DNA from: Fidelibacterota bacterium
GTDB lineage: Bacteria > Fidelibacterota > UBA2242
Reading direction: 5' to 3'
Assembly: GCA_016783665.1 (NCBI GenBank)
Contig: JADHWC010000003.1
Location: 1,959-65,958 of the forward strand
DNA length: 64,000 bases
The number at the start of each line of letters is the position of its first letter. Position 1 is the first letter of the stretch. Of the stretch, positions 28,228 through 38,955 are shown piece after piece. The translations under genes and the position numbers were made by a program. Under the pieces are notes generated by a model. It searched no databases. It saw only the letters and a program-made list of their open reading frames with translations, and was not told the origin of the DNA.

Positions 28228-28668
28228 ATGACACTCGTAAGATGGACCCCCAGAAGTATGCTGGGATTTCGAAATGAAATCGATCAACTATTCAACTCAT
28301 GCTTCAACACGCCTGTTAAAGAAGAGACAACCATTGCCACCTTTGCTCCTGCGGTAGATATTGAGGAAAAAGATAAAGAATTCCGGATCACTATCGAATT
28401 GCCAGGTATTAAAAAGGAAGAAGTATCAATCAAAATTAAAGATAACCTGCTCACGATTACCGGCGACAAGAAAAAGGGAAAGAAAACCGAAGATGAAAAT
28501 TATCATCGTACAGAACGAATTTATGGATCCTTTCAGAGAACCTTCAGATTACCGGAATATGCCGACCAGGACAATATCGCTGCAGAATATAAAGATGGTA
28601 TTTTAATTGTCTCGATTCCAAAATTGAAAGAATCTATCTCAAAAAATGTTGAGATTAAGATTAAGTGA
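28228..28668 (+). CDS. Small heat-shock protein (Hsp20 / alpha-crystallin family)
   Basis: 146 aa with an alpha-crystallin domain (FRITIELPGIKKEEVSIKI...LLTITG...GILIVSIPK); RBS AAGGAGG. Confidence 0.92.
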   Translation: MTLVRWTPRSMLGFRNEIDQLFNSCFNTPVKEETTIATFAPAVDIEEKDKEFRITIELPGIKKEEVSIKIKDNLLTITGDKKKGKKTEDENYHRTERIYGSFQRTFRLPEYADQDNIAAEYKDGILIVSIPKLKESISKNVEIKIK

Positions 28669-28685
28669 CGAAATCTTCAGCATAC

Positions 28686-28718
28686 TAAAAAGCCGGTTGA
28701 CAACCGGCTTTTTTATTG
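28686..28718. terminator. Bidirectional rho-independent terminator between hsp20 (+) and the EF-G gene (-)
   Basis: AAAAA-gccggtt-gaca-aaccggc-TTTTTTATT: a perfect 7-bp stem flanked by A and T runs. Confidence 0.8.
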
Positions 28719-28728
28719 TCAAAATATA

Positions 28729-30837
28729 TCAGTTCTTCCCAGCCTTTTTTGCTCTCACTTCGGCAATGACTTCTTCCTCGATGGTCTTTGGCAAAGCGGC
28801 ATAATTAAGAAATTCCATCGAAAATGCAGCTCTACCACTGGATATTGTTCGCAATGCCGAAGCGTAACCGAACATTTCCATTAATGGCACGGTTCCGGTA
28901 AGTTTCTGAGATCCTTTTCGATGTCGACGCATATTATCAATTTTACCGCGACGCCGGTTTATATCTCCGATGACGTCCCCCATATAATTGTCGGGAGTAT
29001 TTACCTCAATTTTCATAATCGGTTCCAACAACTGAGGCGCCGCTTTATGGATGACTTCTCTCAGAGCCTGTTTCGTACAGGTCCGAAATGCCATTTCACT
29101 GGAGTCCACAGGATGGTAGTTTCCATCAATTAATACAAACCTTACATCCACCATTGGATAATCTGCGTAAAGACCTCGCTCAGCACTTTCACGAAACGCC
29201 TTTTCGACTGACGGTATATATTCCCTTGGGATATTGCCACCTTTGATCAGATTGGTAAATTCCAAGCCATTTTTCTTATTAGGTTCTAAGCGAAAGATAA
29301 TATGAGCATATTGTCCCCTGCCGCCGGTTTGTTTTTTTAACTTGTAGTTATATTCCACTTCCTTCGTGATCGATTCACGAAAAGCGACGGCGGGCTTTCC
29401 AACATTTACGACCATTTTATGCTCTGATTCTAAGCGATCAACGATCACTTCAAGATGAAGTTCACCCATCCCGGATATTACTGTTTCTTCGGTTTCGTCA
29501 TTAAAACGAACCTTGAAGGAAGGATCTTCCAATGCCATTTTACCTAATGCTATTGACAGTCGATCCCGGTCTTTTTTTATTTCCGGCTCAATTTTCATAT
29601 CAAGTACTGTTTCCGGATATTTGATACTTTCCAATAAAATCGGATCCCGGTCATCACAAAGCGTATCGCCTGTCGTTGTAAATTTGACGCCGATTAGCGC
29701 GCCAATATCACCGGCTCGCAATGTTTTTACTTCCTGCCGGTTATTCGCATGAATTCTTAAAATCCTTCCAATGCGTTCCTTCTTACCTTTTGTAGAATTT
29801 AAAATGTAACTGCCGGACTCCAGCTCACCTGAATAAACCCTGACAAATGTTTGCTGCCCGACAAATGCATCGTTTGTAATTTTAAACGCTAATGCGGAAA
29901 ATGGGCGTTTATATGAAGGTTTTCTCGACAATGTAATTTCCGGGTCTCGTGTATCTAGTCCGGTTATAATTCCACGATCAATTGGAGAAGGAAGATAATC
30001 AACAACTGCGTCCAGCAATAATCGAACACCTTTATTTTTAAATGCGGCGCCGCAAAAAACAGGCGTTATACAAAGGCTCAAAACAGCATGGCGCGCAGCG
30101 GCTTTAATGTCATTAACTGTGACTTCATCTTCTGCAAGATATTTTTCCATCAGGGGCTTGTCAAAATCAGCCAGTTTTTCGATCATGATTTCCCGGAATT
30201 TTTCTGCCCGTTGTTGAAGATTCGTTGGAATATCCGATATAATCATATCCAGATCATCGTATGTAACGGCTTTCATCGTGATCAGATCGATAACGCCCTT
30301 AAAATCCGCCTCTTTACCAATTGGCAGTTGAAACAATACGGCATTGGCGCCCAGCATTTCATTCATCTGTTCCATGGTATGGAAAACGTCTGCTCCCTGC
30401 CGGTCCATTTTATTAATAAATGCAATCCTGGGAACTTTATAACGGTCAGCCTGGTGCCACACGGTTTCACTCTGAGGTTCGACTCCACCAACAGCACAAA
30501 ATACCATGACAATGCCGTCCAATACCCGCAAGGATCGTTCAACTTCAAGAGTAAAGTCGATATGTCCGGGAGTATCGATAAGATTTATCTGGTGATTTTT
30601 CCACTCCGTCGTAATCGCAGCCGACGTGATTGTAATGCCTCGCTCCTGCTCCTGTTTCATAAAGTCCATGACAGCCTGACCATCATGCACTTCACCTAAC
30701 TTGTGCGTTATTCCCGTAAAAAACAGGATGCGTTCACTGGTCGTGGTTTTACCAGCATCAATGTGGGCAACAATTCCAATATTACGTATTCGTTGTATTT
30801 CTGCATTTTCCATAAATAAATAATTCCTTAAGTTCAT
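28729..30837 (-). CDS. fusA: Elongation factor G family GTPase (EF-G / EF-G2-like)
   Basis: G1 [17 protein letters not shown] and NKMD motifs plus full EF-G domains II-V; the likely true start is the internal Met ([14 protein letters not shown]) at about 30813. Confidence 0.9.
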   Translation of the reverse strand: MNLRNYLFMENAEIQRIRNIGIVAHIDAGKTTTSERILFFTGITHKLGEVHDGQAVMDFMKQEQERGITITSAAITTEWKNHQINLIDTPGHIDFTLEVERSLRVLDGIVMVFCAVGGVEPQSETVWHQADRYKVPRIAFINKMDRQGADVFHTMEQMNEMLGANAVLFQLPIGKEADFKGVIDLITMKAVTYDDLDMIISDIPTNLQQRAEKFREIMIEKLADFDKPLMEKYLAEDEVTVNDIKAAARHAVLSLCITPVFCGAAFKNKGVRLLLDAVVDYLPSPIDRGIITGLDTRDPEITLSRKPSYKRPFSALAFKITNDAFVGQQTFVRVYSGELESGSYILNSTKGKKERIGRILRIHANNRQEVKTLRAGDIGALIGVKFTTTGDTLCDDRDPILLESIKYPETVLDMKIEPEIKKDRDRLSIALGKMALEDPSFKVRFNDETEETVISGMGELHLEVIVDRLESEHKMVVNVGKPAVAFRESITKEVEYNYKLKKQTGGRGQYAHIIFRLEPNKKNGLEFTNLIKGGNIPREYIPSVEKAFRESAERGLYADYPMVDVRFVLIDGNYHPVDSSEMAFRTCTKQALREVIHKAAPQLLEPIMKIEVNTPDNYMGDVIGDINRRRGKIDNMRRHRKGSQKLTGTVPLMEMFGYASALRTISSGRAAFSMEFLNYAALPKTIEEEVIAEVRAKKAGKN

Positions 30838-31954
30838 TCGGACGGCGAATTTAAGATTTTAATCCATAAAAGCAAACTCATTTTCGAGGACTTTTACTTC
30901 ATATATCGTGCAAATATTGCGTTTATCGTTCCGGGAAGATCTCCCTTGTACCAGAACCATCCCCTTTCTCGTCTCAATGACCCTGCGTTGATACGGAGCT
31001 TTTTTCAGTGTCTCCTACTGGAACGAAGACACGAGTGGTGTAACACAAACACTCTTGTTTGTGAGCAATTATTTTACCGCGACCAATCTGCTGAGTAATA
31101 TCGTTCCGAAGCACCTGCCCGACCTGTCAGGCGGGGAACCCCGGAACGAGAAATGCGAGAATCCTCACTAATCTGGCTACGGGGTTGTACTCCGTAGCCT
31201 TCATACGTTCCGTAGCAAAGCCACGGAACGAGATTCAACGAGACGCGCTCCCAATCTCTGGCTACAGTGCCCCCCCCCGCCTGAAGGTCGGACAGGCTGC
31301 TCTTTAGCCTATTTAACCGCCCGGAGCGATGCGCTCCGCATACTGTCATTCCTACATTATTTTGTACTTTATCATTGCATCTGACATGAATTTGTCCTGT
31401 TATATTTCATCATGGCTGGGAACCTCGAAAAACGTCACCGCACAACTCTCTGGGAAATGCTCAGAGATTTGCCGAATCTGGCAAAAGTGAACGGTTCCAG
31501 TCATTGGCACGTTTTTCCGAACCATCAGAAAAGACGGCTGAGAATAAAGCAAAACACTAATCATCCGGTCATTGTAAATACCCGTGGACCGCCTGTGATC
31601 GAAGCATCCTTCCGAAGGTTCGGAACCTTCGGAAGGTTTAAAGCAACGTAACGAGATGTATTATTTTACTCTGGCTGCGGGATTGTACTCCGCAGCCATT
31701 TTACACTCTTGTTTGTGAGCGGTAATCTGGCTACAGGGTAGCCAGGTAATAACGCAAACCCGTCTTCTATGAAACGAAGTGGAATCAAACGGGTTTCGCG
31801 GATTTATGGGGAAACATTCTGAGTTTATGACGATGTGCTTTAGTTTTGCTTCGGGGGCGCTGAAACCCATACCGAAAGTTTCTTCGGATTACGCGAAAGA
31901 TTCAAGTAATATCGTGAAGTATGTTAGATAACTTTTGCAAAGTTATCCTTAAAC
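30838..31954. repeat. ~1.1 kb non-coding region dense in GC-rich palindromic/REP-like repeats (possible structured ncRNA locus)
   Basis: Repeated units aatctggctac (x4) and the hairpin ggctacggggttgtactccgtagcc (31178; variant at 31671) occur with stems cgttccgt...acggaacg, two copies of acactcttgtttgtgagc, and a 29-nt near-perfect palindrome ccttccgaaggttcggaaccttcggaagg (31598-31626). The only ORFs are short and GC-skewed. Confidence 0.6.
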
Positions 31955-32503
31955 TTACACCTCGAAATATCGCCGGATTGTATCCAGCTCTTTACGTTTC
32001 TTGGGTTTTGGAGAGGGATATGATTTCTCAGGGTATCCCAGACTGATCAATATATCAATTTGGGTTAATCGGGGAAGATTCAATACTTTTTTTACCTGTT
32101 TTGCATTAAACCAGCCCAGCCAGCAGGTTCCGAGTCCAAGTTCCTCCGCCTGCAATATCAGATGCTCACAGGCGATCCCGATATCGATCAGGCTGTATTT
32201 TACGTTACGGATTTGAGTCCCAAGCCTGGTAATATAGTCCACTTTTTCAGTTATAACGACGATCAGCACCGGCGCTTTTCCGGCGAAACTTGTACTTGCA
32301 TAAATTCCTCTAAAGGCATTTTTCGCCAGTTTTTGTATCATGTTATGATCATCAATCACGATAAATGACCAGGGCTGGGAATTACGCGCAGACGGAGCCA
32401 GGCGGGCCGCTTCTATGCATTGATCAATTAATTTCCTGCTAACCGGTCTGGAAGAGTATTTCCGGGTTGATTGTCGTTTTTGAACCAGTTCAGTGAAATT
32501 CAT
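31955..32503 (-). CDS. Nitroreductase family protein
   Basis: 182 aa with the FMN-binding N-terminus (RQSTRKYS...P) and nitroreductase fold motif PSARNSQPW. Confidence 0.8.
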   Translation of the reverse strand: MNFTELVQKRQSTRKYSSRPVSRKLIDQCIEAARLAPSARNSQPWSFIVIDDHNMIQKLAKNAFRGIYASTSFAGKAPVLIVVITEKVDYITRLGTQIRNVKYSLIDIGIACEHLILQAEELGLGTCWLGWFNAKQVKKVLNLPRLTQIDILISLGYPEKSYPSPKPKKRKELDTIRRYFEV

Positions 32504-32511
32504 AGCAATAT

Positions 32512-34236
32512 TTACCCCGACATTAATAATTCACGCGCTTGCCGCAAAGCCGTATCGGTAATCGATGCGCCGCCAATCAGCGCTGCAATCTCCTCCACTC
32601 TTTGCATCTCATTCAATTTAATAATTTTAGTATAACTGCGACCATCTTCTGAAACTTTATATACTCTATAATGGTGATCACCCAGACCGGCAATCTGGGG
32701 AAGGTGCGTTATGCAGACCACCTGATGGGTGTCTGCAAGAGACTTGAGTTCTTTACCAACAACCCGGGCTACTTTACCGGATATTCCCGTATCAATCTCA
32801 TCAAAAATAACAACGGGAATATGATCTTTTCCGGCAAGAATCGATTTCATTGCTAACATAATCCGCGATACTTCGCCACCGGATACAATACTGGCAAGAG
32901 GACGAAGTGGTTCCCCCGGGTTTGTGCTGATTTCAAAGACGATATTGTCAATACCGTCACTTTCGCCTTTTACCTTCCTGCCGTCCAAATCAACCCAGCC
33001 ATCAGCGGCGTCGATATATCGTATAGATACTTTGAATTTACTGCCGGAAATCCCAAGTCTTGATAAGGTCTGGTCAACTTGTTTTTCAAACGATTCTGCA
33101 AATTTCTTGCGCTGACGGGATAATTCCACAGCCACTGTTGCGTATCCCTTCCGAACAGAATCGATCTCCCTTTCAACTTTGGCTATTTCTGCATCAAGTC
33201 CATCATCTTCATTGAGGTAATGCTTTACTTTTTCTCTATACTCAATGACTTCTGCAACGGTTTTTCCATACTTCTTCATCAGTTGTTGAAGATGATAAAG
33301 TCGTTGGTTTACAGCTTCCATTCTCGCTGAATCGAATTGGATATTATCGGTATATTTGGAAAGATGATTGGATAGGTCCTGAATAAAAAACTGTGTTTCC
33401 TCTAATTTATTTAATTCCCCGGAAAATTCAGGATCTATTCCATTTAATATTGATAATTTTTTAATTATCGTCAGTACTTGCCGGTAGAGAGTATCATCTT
33501 CGGCTTCATATAATTGCTCAGTCAACTCATCGGCAATTTGATGGATCTTCTCAAAATTTTCCAGGACAGTTTTTTCCTTTATCAGTTGTTCATATTCATT
33601 TTCTTTAGGGTCAATTTTTTCAATCTCATTCAACTGAAATTCCCACAGTTCTCGTTTTTCCAGGTTAAGGTTCCGCTTCTCTTTCATAAATTTATGCCGT
33701 TCCGATAAATTACTTAATTTCAAAAAAGAATCATGAACTTCTATCAATAAATCCCGATAGCCGCCATATGCATCGAGAAACTGAATATGGCTTTCTTCCC
33801 GAAGTAAAGATTGGTGATCGTGTTGTCCATGAAGATCAACCAGAAGGTCTCCGGCAGATTTCAGCAGATTAATTGTACAAGGCGAGTCGTTTATCCACGC
33901 TTTTGATCTGCCGTTTACATACAGCTGCCGCCTCAGCTTCAATCGTTCCGGCACAAACTGGAGCTGATTATCTTTTATAAACTGAATTACCGGATGCGAC
34001 TTATCAATACCCGTAAATATACATTCGATATAAGCACTTTCTGAGCCGGATCGTATCATCGTCGGTGACGCCTTTTCACCTAATGCCAGATTTAACGCAT
34101 CAATGATTATCGATTTCCCGGCGCCGGTCTCACCGGTGATCGTAGTAAAACCGGACCCAAAATAGACCGTAATATTGTCAATTATCGCAAAACTATCTAT
34201 TTTTAATGTATGCAGAACCATAGAACCTTTATACAA
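32512..34236 (-). CDS. recN: DNA repair protein RecN
   Basis: SMC-like protein with Walker A GETGAGKSIIIDAL, a coiled-coil middle, and C-terminal signature/Walker B (VVIFDEIDTGISG); the true start is probably MVLHTLKI at about 34221. Confidence 0.9.
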   Translation of the reverse strand: MYKGSMVLHTLKIDSFAIIDNITVYFGSGFTTITGETGAGKSIIIDALNLALGEKASPTMIRSGSESAYIECIFTGIDKSHPVIQFIKDNQLQFVPERLKLRRQLYVNGRSKAWINDSPCTINLLKSAGDLLVDLHGQHDHQSLLREESHIQFLDAYGGYRDLLIEVHDSFLKLSNLSERHKFMKEKRNLNLEKRELWEFQLNEIEKIDPKENEYEQLIKEKTVLENFEKIHQIADELTEQLYEAEDDTLYRQVLTIIKKLSILNGIDPEFSGELNKLEETQFFIQDLSNHLSKYTDNIQFDSARMEAVNQRLYHLQQLMKKYGKTVAEVIEYREKVKHYLNEDDGLDAEIAKVEREIDSVRKGYATVAVELSRQRKKFAESFEKQVDQTLSRLGISGSKFKVSIRYIDAADGWVDLDGRKVKGESDGIDNIVFEISTNPGEPLRPLASIVSGGEVSRIMLAMKSILAGKDHIPVVIFDEIDTGISGKVARVVGKELKSLADTHQVVCITHLPQIAGLGDHHYRVYKVSEDGRSYTKIIKLNEMQRVEEIAALIGGASITDTALRQARELLMSG

Positions 34237-34239
34237 ATT

Positions 34240-34644
34240 TTACTTATGAGTTGTACTCTGATAGATTAATTCTTCAGGATCGGTTTTATGCTTTATTATT
34301 TTAGTGAACAAATATACCCCTAAAAAAACTCCTGCTGCATCTGCGGCGAAGTCAAATATACTAAAATCTCTGCCAGGAACGTACAGTTGGTGAATCTCAT
34401 CAGTTGCCGCATAAATAATTCCCGTTATCAGGCTTAATTTAAACGCATTATTAATAATTTTATCGGAAGTTGAGCGTGAGAATGCCAGCATTAATGTCAT
34501 ACCATATAATAAATATTCGATTAAATGAGCGATTTTATCAAAACTAATCAAGCGCACCGGTGGTAATTTACTCTGTGGTATAGACGATAGAAAAAATATC
34601 AATATGCTATAGAGTATTGCAGGAATTTTATATTTTATATTCAC
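34240..34644 (-). CDS. VanZ-like small membrane protein (tentative)
   Basis: 134 aa with about 4 TM helices and a DKIAH motif; family assignment from memory only. Confidence 0.4.
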   Translation of the reverse strand: MNIKYKIPAILYSILIFFLSSIPQSKLPPVRLISFDKIAHLIEYLLYGMTLMLAFSRSTSDKIINNAFKLSLITGIIYAATDEIHQLYVPGRDFSIFDFAADAAGVFLGVYLFTKIIKHKTDPEELIYQSTTHK

Positions 34645-34646
34645 AA

Positions 34647-36203
34647 TTACACAACCCGTTCATAGTCTTTCATTATTCCGGGAATCATATCCAGCAGATC
34701 ACCGGCTATTAAGCCCCTGACGCCAAATTTTTCCTTTCCTAAATCGCCAGCCAGCCCGTGAAAATAAACGGCAATCATACTTGCATCAAATGAGTCTATT
34801 TTCTGGGCTCGTAGTCCTGCAATCAGGCCCGTCAGGACATCCCCGGTTCCGCCGGTCGCCAGTGCCGGATTTCCGGTACTGTTCACAGCAACTTTTCCAT
34901 CACGGCTTACCACCACAGTAGGCGCTCCTTTTAGAACAAGAGTACAGGGATGTTTTTCCACAAACTCACGGCAAACGTCAATAACATTCTCTTTTATAGC
35001 ACTAACATTCATCCCGGTCATTTGTGAAAATTCACCAATATGGGGCGTTATTATCAAATCGTCAATTGAATTTATCAGATCGAGATTTTCATGGAATACA
35101 CGTAATCCATCGGCATCGATAATCATAGGTTTTTTCAGGGATTCTATCAGTTTTTTTCCGAAAGCTTCTACTTCCGCACTATCTGAGACACCCGGACCAA
35201 AAACAATGACGTCACTCCAGTCAATGCGTTCCTTTGCAGAATTTAATGATTCCTTGCAAAATGTGTGGTTCAATGACTCCGTTAATGGTAGCGAAAGTGT
35301 TTCAGTCGATTTTATTTCAATTATAGAATTAAGACTTTCCGGTATGGCATTGATTACCAGTCCGGCTCCGCTTCTCAGGGCGGCTTTTGACGTCAATATA
35401 GCAGCGCCGGTCATTCCGGGTGAACCGGCAAATATCAGCACCTTACCCTGTTTATGCTTATAAGTATCATCAAAAATTGACGGAAATAATTGTTTGATAA
35501 TTTGCTTATCAATTAAAAACGTTTCGTTATGGAGAACTTTATATGCCTTTGCAGGATATTTCAGGTCAACAAGCACCACATCTCCAGCCTTGCGCTTACC
35601 GGGCTGAAACATTAATCCCCGTTTTAAAAATCCCATTGTAACTGTTCGTGTCGCCTGAATTGCCACTCCTCCTATCTGAGCAGTATCTCCATTAATCCCC
35701 GATGGAATATCTACGGATAAAACAGGTCTTTTGGATGAATTAATTAATTCTATCAATTTTTTTATTACGCCACGAACTTCGCCGCTGAAACCGGTGCCAA
35801 GTAGTGCATCTATAATCAAATCACTTTGACAAATCTGTTTATGCGTTGGAATAGTGTCTGAATTCTCAACTATCGTTATTTTTATCCGTTTTGTATTACA
35901 CCGTTCAAAATAATGTCGGGCGTCGCCTTTGATTTTATTCGGTTTTCCGGCAAGCCAGATAAATACATTTGCTCCCCAATCAGAAAGATCCCTGGCCGTG
36001 ACAAAACCATCTCCACCATTATTCCCTGTTCCGCAGAATATATCAACATGACTGCCAGGCACATCTTTCAGGAATTTTTTCGCTTTTAATGAAACAAATG
36101 AACCGGCTCGTTTCATTAAATCAATACCCGATATTCCCAATGTATCAATTGTATAACGATCTACAAGCCGGGCTTCAAGATTGGTTAGAATATATTCTTT
36201 CAT
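34647..36203 (-). CDS. nnr: Bifunctional NAD(P)H-hydrate repair enzyme Nnr (YjeF_N epimerase + YjeF_C ADP-dependent dehydratase)
   Basis: N-terminal GTGNNGGDGFV and a C-terminal ribokinase-like domain with GGTGDVLTGLIAGL. Confidence 0.88.
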   Translation of the reverse strand: MKEYILTNLEARLVDRYTIDTLGISGIDLMKRAGSFVSLKAKKFLKDVPGSHVDIFCGTGNNGGDGFVTARDLSDWGANVFIWLAGKPNKIKGDARHYFERCNTKRIKITIVENSDTIPTHKQICQSDLIIDALLGTGFSGEVRGVIKKLIELINSSKRPVLSVDIPSGINGDTAQIGGVAIQATRTVTMGFLKRGLMFQPGKRKAGDVVLVDLKYPAKAYKVLHNETFLIDKQIIKQLFPSIFDDTYKHKQGKVLIFAGSPGMTGAAILTSKAALRSGAGLVINAIPESLNSIIEIKSTETLSLPLTESLNHTFCKESLNSAKERIDWSDVIVFGPGVSDSAEVEAFGKKLIESLKKPMIIDADGLRVFHENLDLINSIDDLIITPHIGEFSQMTGMNVSAIKENVIDVCREFVEKHPCTLVLKGAPTVVVSRDGKVAVNSTGNPALATGGTGDVLTGLIAGLRAQKIDSFDASMIAVYFHGLAGDLGKEKFGVRGLIAGDLLDMIPGIMKDYERVV

Positions 36204-36354
36204 CTTATCATCTTCTTATTTTCTATTTTACTTCGTTTCATGCAGTCACAAATATTTCATATTAAAATAATAAGAATTTTCAATTCATGCAATGTCGATT
36301 CTAAATAAAAAAGGGCGAGAGTATTCTCACCCTTTTTTAAATATGAAAGAGATT

Positions 36355-37668
36355 TTACTGAACAGTTTTCAATTCGTATTCAGCAGCGGCTTTCCATTTG
36401 GGATCGCGTGCAGCCATCTGAAATGCCTGGCGAGCTGCCGTACGATTGCCCATGCATCTCTCGGCAGTACCCAGTTCGAAAAGAACAGGCGCCCAATTTG
36501 GTTTTAACTTTAAGGCTTTTTGAGCAGTCTCTTTAGCTTTATCACATTTCCCCGTTTTGTTATATGCCTGTGATAAACGGTATAAGCTGTTATTATCTCT
36601 GGGATTTAATTCAGTGGCTTTACTCAAACTTGGGATAGCAGTACTAAATTTTTCCTGTTGGATATAGATAGCTCCCATATTGGCATACGCTGATGCATAT
36701 TGGGGCTGTAATTTAGTAACTTCTTTGTAAGCCGGGATTGCTTCGTCATATTTTTTTGTTTTATAATAAATGTAGCCAATATTTTTCCATGCATCTACAT
36801 ATTCGGCGTCAAGCTCGATTGCCTTTTTAAATGCTTCTACTGCGCCATTTACATTATTCATACCGGAAAATATTTTCCCTTTTACTAAATGTGCTTTGGG
36901 ATACTCAGGATCTAACTGAATACTTTTATTAATAGCATCAAGCGCATCCTGTGATTTTTTCTCTTCCAGATATACTACAGCGCTGTAATAGTACGCCAAT
37001 GGATTATCCGGGTTCAAACTGATAGCCTGTTTAAATTTTTCTAATGCTGCGCCATAGCTCTTGCGCTGCATCAATTGCGAACCCTCATGAATATAACGAC
37101 GAGTAATTCCTTCAAACTCCTTTTTATAGCTTTCATTTTCAGGATCTTTCTCGATGGCTTTACGGAAATTTACGGCAGCCTGTTCCAGATCATTTAAACG
37201 TACCAAAACCCGACCGAGATTCACATAGGCATCAACAAAGTTTGGATTTTCATTGATGACATCCAGATATATTTTCTTCGCATTTTCATAATCAGCGTTT
37301 GTGGATAGGCGAGATGCCTCTGTTAGCTTACTGGCAAAAGCTGCCATTTCGTTGCGAACCTCCCGGTAATCCGGATTACTCAGATCAAGTTCAATGGCTT
37401 TATCAATGAGTTCCTTTGCTTTATCAAGATCGCCAAGTTTATAATATACACGACCAAGCAGGAAAACGGCGCCAGCATATTCCGGATCATTTTCAACAAT
37501 TGGTTCAACAACTGTTTTAGCTTCTGAGTATTTCCCGGCAAGATACAATTCATTAGCCTCAATCAGGGAGTCTGAAGCCTGTGCCCAAACCAGAGTTGAG
37601 AAGAGCAAAAAAGCAGCCGTTATCTTTAGGATGTTCTTTCTGTTCAACAAGTTCATATTTTTCCTCAT
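36355..37668 (-). CDS. Secreted tetratricopeptide-repeat protein
   Basis: 437 aa with a signal peptide and many ~34-aa TPR units (A..Y..G......A...Y..A..L.P). Confidence 0.7.
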   Translation of the reverse strand: MRKNMNLLNRKNILKITAAFLLFSTLVWAQASDSLIEANELYLAGKYSEAKTVVEPIVENDPEYAGAVFLLGRVYYKLGDLDKAKELIDKAIELDLSNPDYREVRNEMAAFASKLTEASRLSTNADYENAKKIYLDVINENPNFVDAYVNLGRVLVRLNDLEQAAVNFRKAIEKDPENESYKKEFEGITRRYIHEGSQLMQRKSYGAALEKFKQAISLNPDNPLAYYYSAVVYLEEKKSQDALDAINKSIQLDPEYPKAHLVKGKIFSGMNNVNGAVEAFKKAIELDAEYVDAWKNIGYIYYKTKKYDEAIPAYKEVTKLQPQYASAYANMGAIYIQQEKFSTAIPSLSKATELNPRDNNSLYRLSQAYNKTGKCDKAKETAQKALKLKPNWAPVLFELGTAERCMGNRTAARQAFQMAARDPKWKAAAEYELKTVQ

Positions 37669-37689
37669 TCTTTTTCAATAAAACAATAG

Positions 37690-37773
37690 TGCCGAAGACG
37701 GGACTCGAACCCGTACAGGCTAACGCCCACATGGCCCTCAACCATGCGTGTCTACCAGTTCCACCACCTCGGC
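37690..37773 (-). tRNA. tRNA-Leu (anticodon GAG)
   Basis: Minus-strand RNA GCCGAGGUGGUGGAACUGGUAGACACGCAUGGUUGAGGGCCAUG...ACGGGUUCGAGUCCCGUCUUCGGCA: 7-bp acceptor, T-loop UUCGAGU, long variable arm, anticodon loop UUGAGGG. Confidence 0.9.
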
Positions 37774-37818
37774 AATGTAGGATCAGTCAAAAAGCGCTAA
37801 AATAATTTACTGATTGGT

Positions 37819-38169
37819 CTATTCAGTTATCGGTAATTCAGAAGAACCTTCTTCGAAACTTCCTTCCGGCACCGGCAGATTTGCCGACGGGACAACCCGC
37901 TTATTAGCCTCCCGTTTGATAATACTGGTTGGTTCGCCACGCGGCGCCGACATCAAACCGATTAAGATTGAGATAACCATAAACGCAACCGCTAAACCAG
38001 TGGTCATTTTAGAAAGAAACGTGGCAGCACCACGACCGCCAAAGATAGCGCTACCTCCACCACCTCCAAAAGTACCGGATAGACCACCACCTTTGCTGGA
38101 TTGCATTAATATCGTCAATGTTAATAAAGCTGCAACTAATACATGAATGACAATAAAAAATGTATACAC
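37819..38169 (-). CDS. secG: Preprotein translocase subunit SecG
   Basis: 116 aa with two TM helices and a glycine-rich loop (LMQSSKGGGLSGTFGGGGGS); conserved position next to tpiA. Confidence 0.85.
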   Translation of the reverse strand: MYTFFIVIHVLVAALLTLTILMQSSKGGGLSGTFGGGGGSAIFGGRGAATFLSKMTTGLAVAFMVISILIGLMSAPRGEPTSIIKREANKRVVPSANLPVPEGSFEEGSSELPITE

Positions 38170-38948
38170 TATTTCTCCTGTTTTGCTAAGTAATCTTCAA
38201 CAGTGTCTGCAATTGATACGAATTGTTCTTCTACCAGGCTTGCACCACCGATCAAAAATCCATCGATATCATCTGTCGCGATTAATTCCGCCGCATTTTC
38301 CGGTTTCACACTGCCACCATATAAAATCGCCATCTCAGTAGCCATTTTATAACTGAACTGACTGGCAACGAGGGATCTGATTTCCTTATGTGCTTCAGAT
38401 GCCTGCTCCGGAGTCGCCACAATCCCGGTTCCGATTGCCCAGACCGGTTCGTAGGCGATAATACAGTTTCGCATTTGTGATTCCGATAAGTTTCTGAACG
38501 CAGCAACATACTGTTTTTTTAAAATATTGACTGTGCGTCCACTCTGCCGTTCCTCAAGCGTTTCTCCGATACACAAGATTGGTTTTAGTCCGGTCTCTAG
38601 CGCTGCTGCCAATTTTTTATGAATCAGGTCATCCGATTCATTAAAAATATGCCTTCTCTCCGAATGTCCAAGGATAACATATTGGCAGGATGTAGATTTC
38701 AGCATATCAGCGGATATCTCGCCGGTATAGGCTCCGGAAGCCTCAAAATACATATTCTGGGCGCCCAAATAAATATCTGTTTTATTTAAAATTTCACCAA
38801 TGTTAAAAAGCGACGTATAAGGCGGGCATAATATAATGTCGGTTCGTCTGAGATTCAACAGATTTTTCGATAAACGCTCAGTGAAAACGATGGATTCGGG
38901 AACATTCTTATTCATTTTCCAGTTTGCGGCAACAATTAAACGTTTCAT
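38169..38948 (-). CDS. tpiA: Triosephosphate isomerase
   Basis: VAANWKMN N-terminus, active-site GHSERR, and YEPVWAIGTG; start set at internal Met MKRLIV (the ORF track extends to 38999). Confidence 0.93.
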   Translation of the reverse strand: MKRLIVAANWKMNKNVPESIVFTERLSKNLLNLRRTDIILCPPYTSLFNIGEILNKTDIYLGAQNMYFEASGAYTGEISADMLKSTSCQYVILGHSERRHIFNESDDLIHKKLAAALETGLKPILCIGETLEERQSGRTVNILKKQYVAAFRNLSESQMRNCIIAYEPVWAIGTGIVATPEQASEAHKEIRSLVASQFSYKMATEMAILYGGSVKPENAAELIATDDIDGFLIGGASLVEEQFVSIADTVEDYLAKQEK

Positions 38949-38955
38949 AATGCCT

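Noticed and set aside
31074-31870. ORFs of 91 aa (31074-31349), 79 aa (31412-31651) and 69 aa (31661-31870) in the structured non-coding block
   Set aside because: They lie inside GC-rich palindromic repeats, have Arg/Gly/Ser-rich low-complexity products typical of GC-biased non-coding DNA, and lack RBSs.
30838-31954. RNase P RNA, tmRNA or SRP RNA in the 1.1 kb gap
   Set aside because: I searched both strands by eye for the conserved P4 strings (AGUCCGGGCU / ACCCGGCUUA), the tmRNA ends (GGAUUCGAC ... UUCGA.UCC..CCACCA) and the SRP domain IV motif (GGAAGGAAGCAGC) and found none. I cannot exclude a divergent or other ncRNA.
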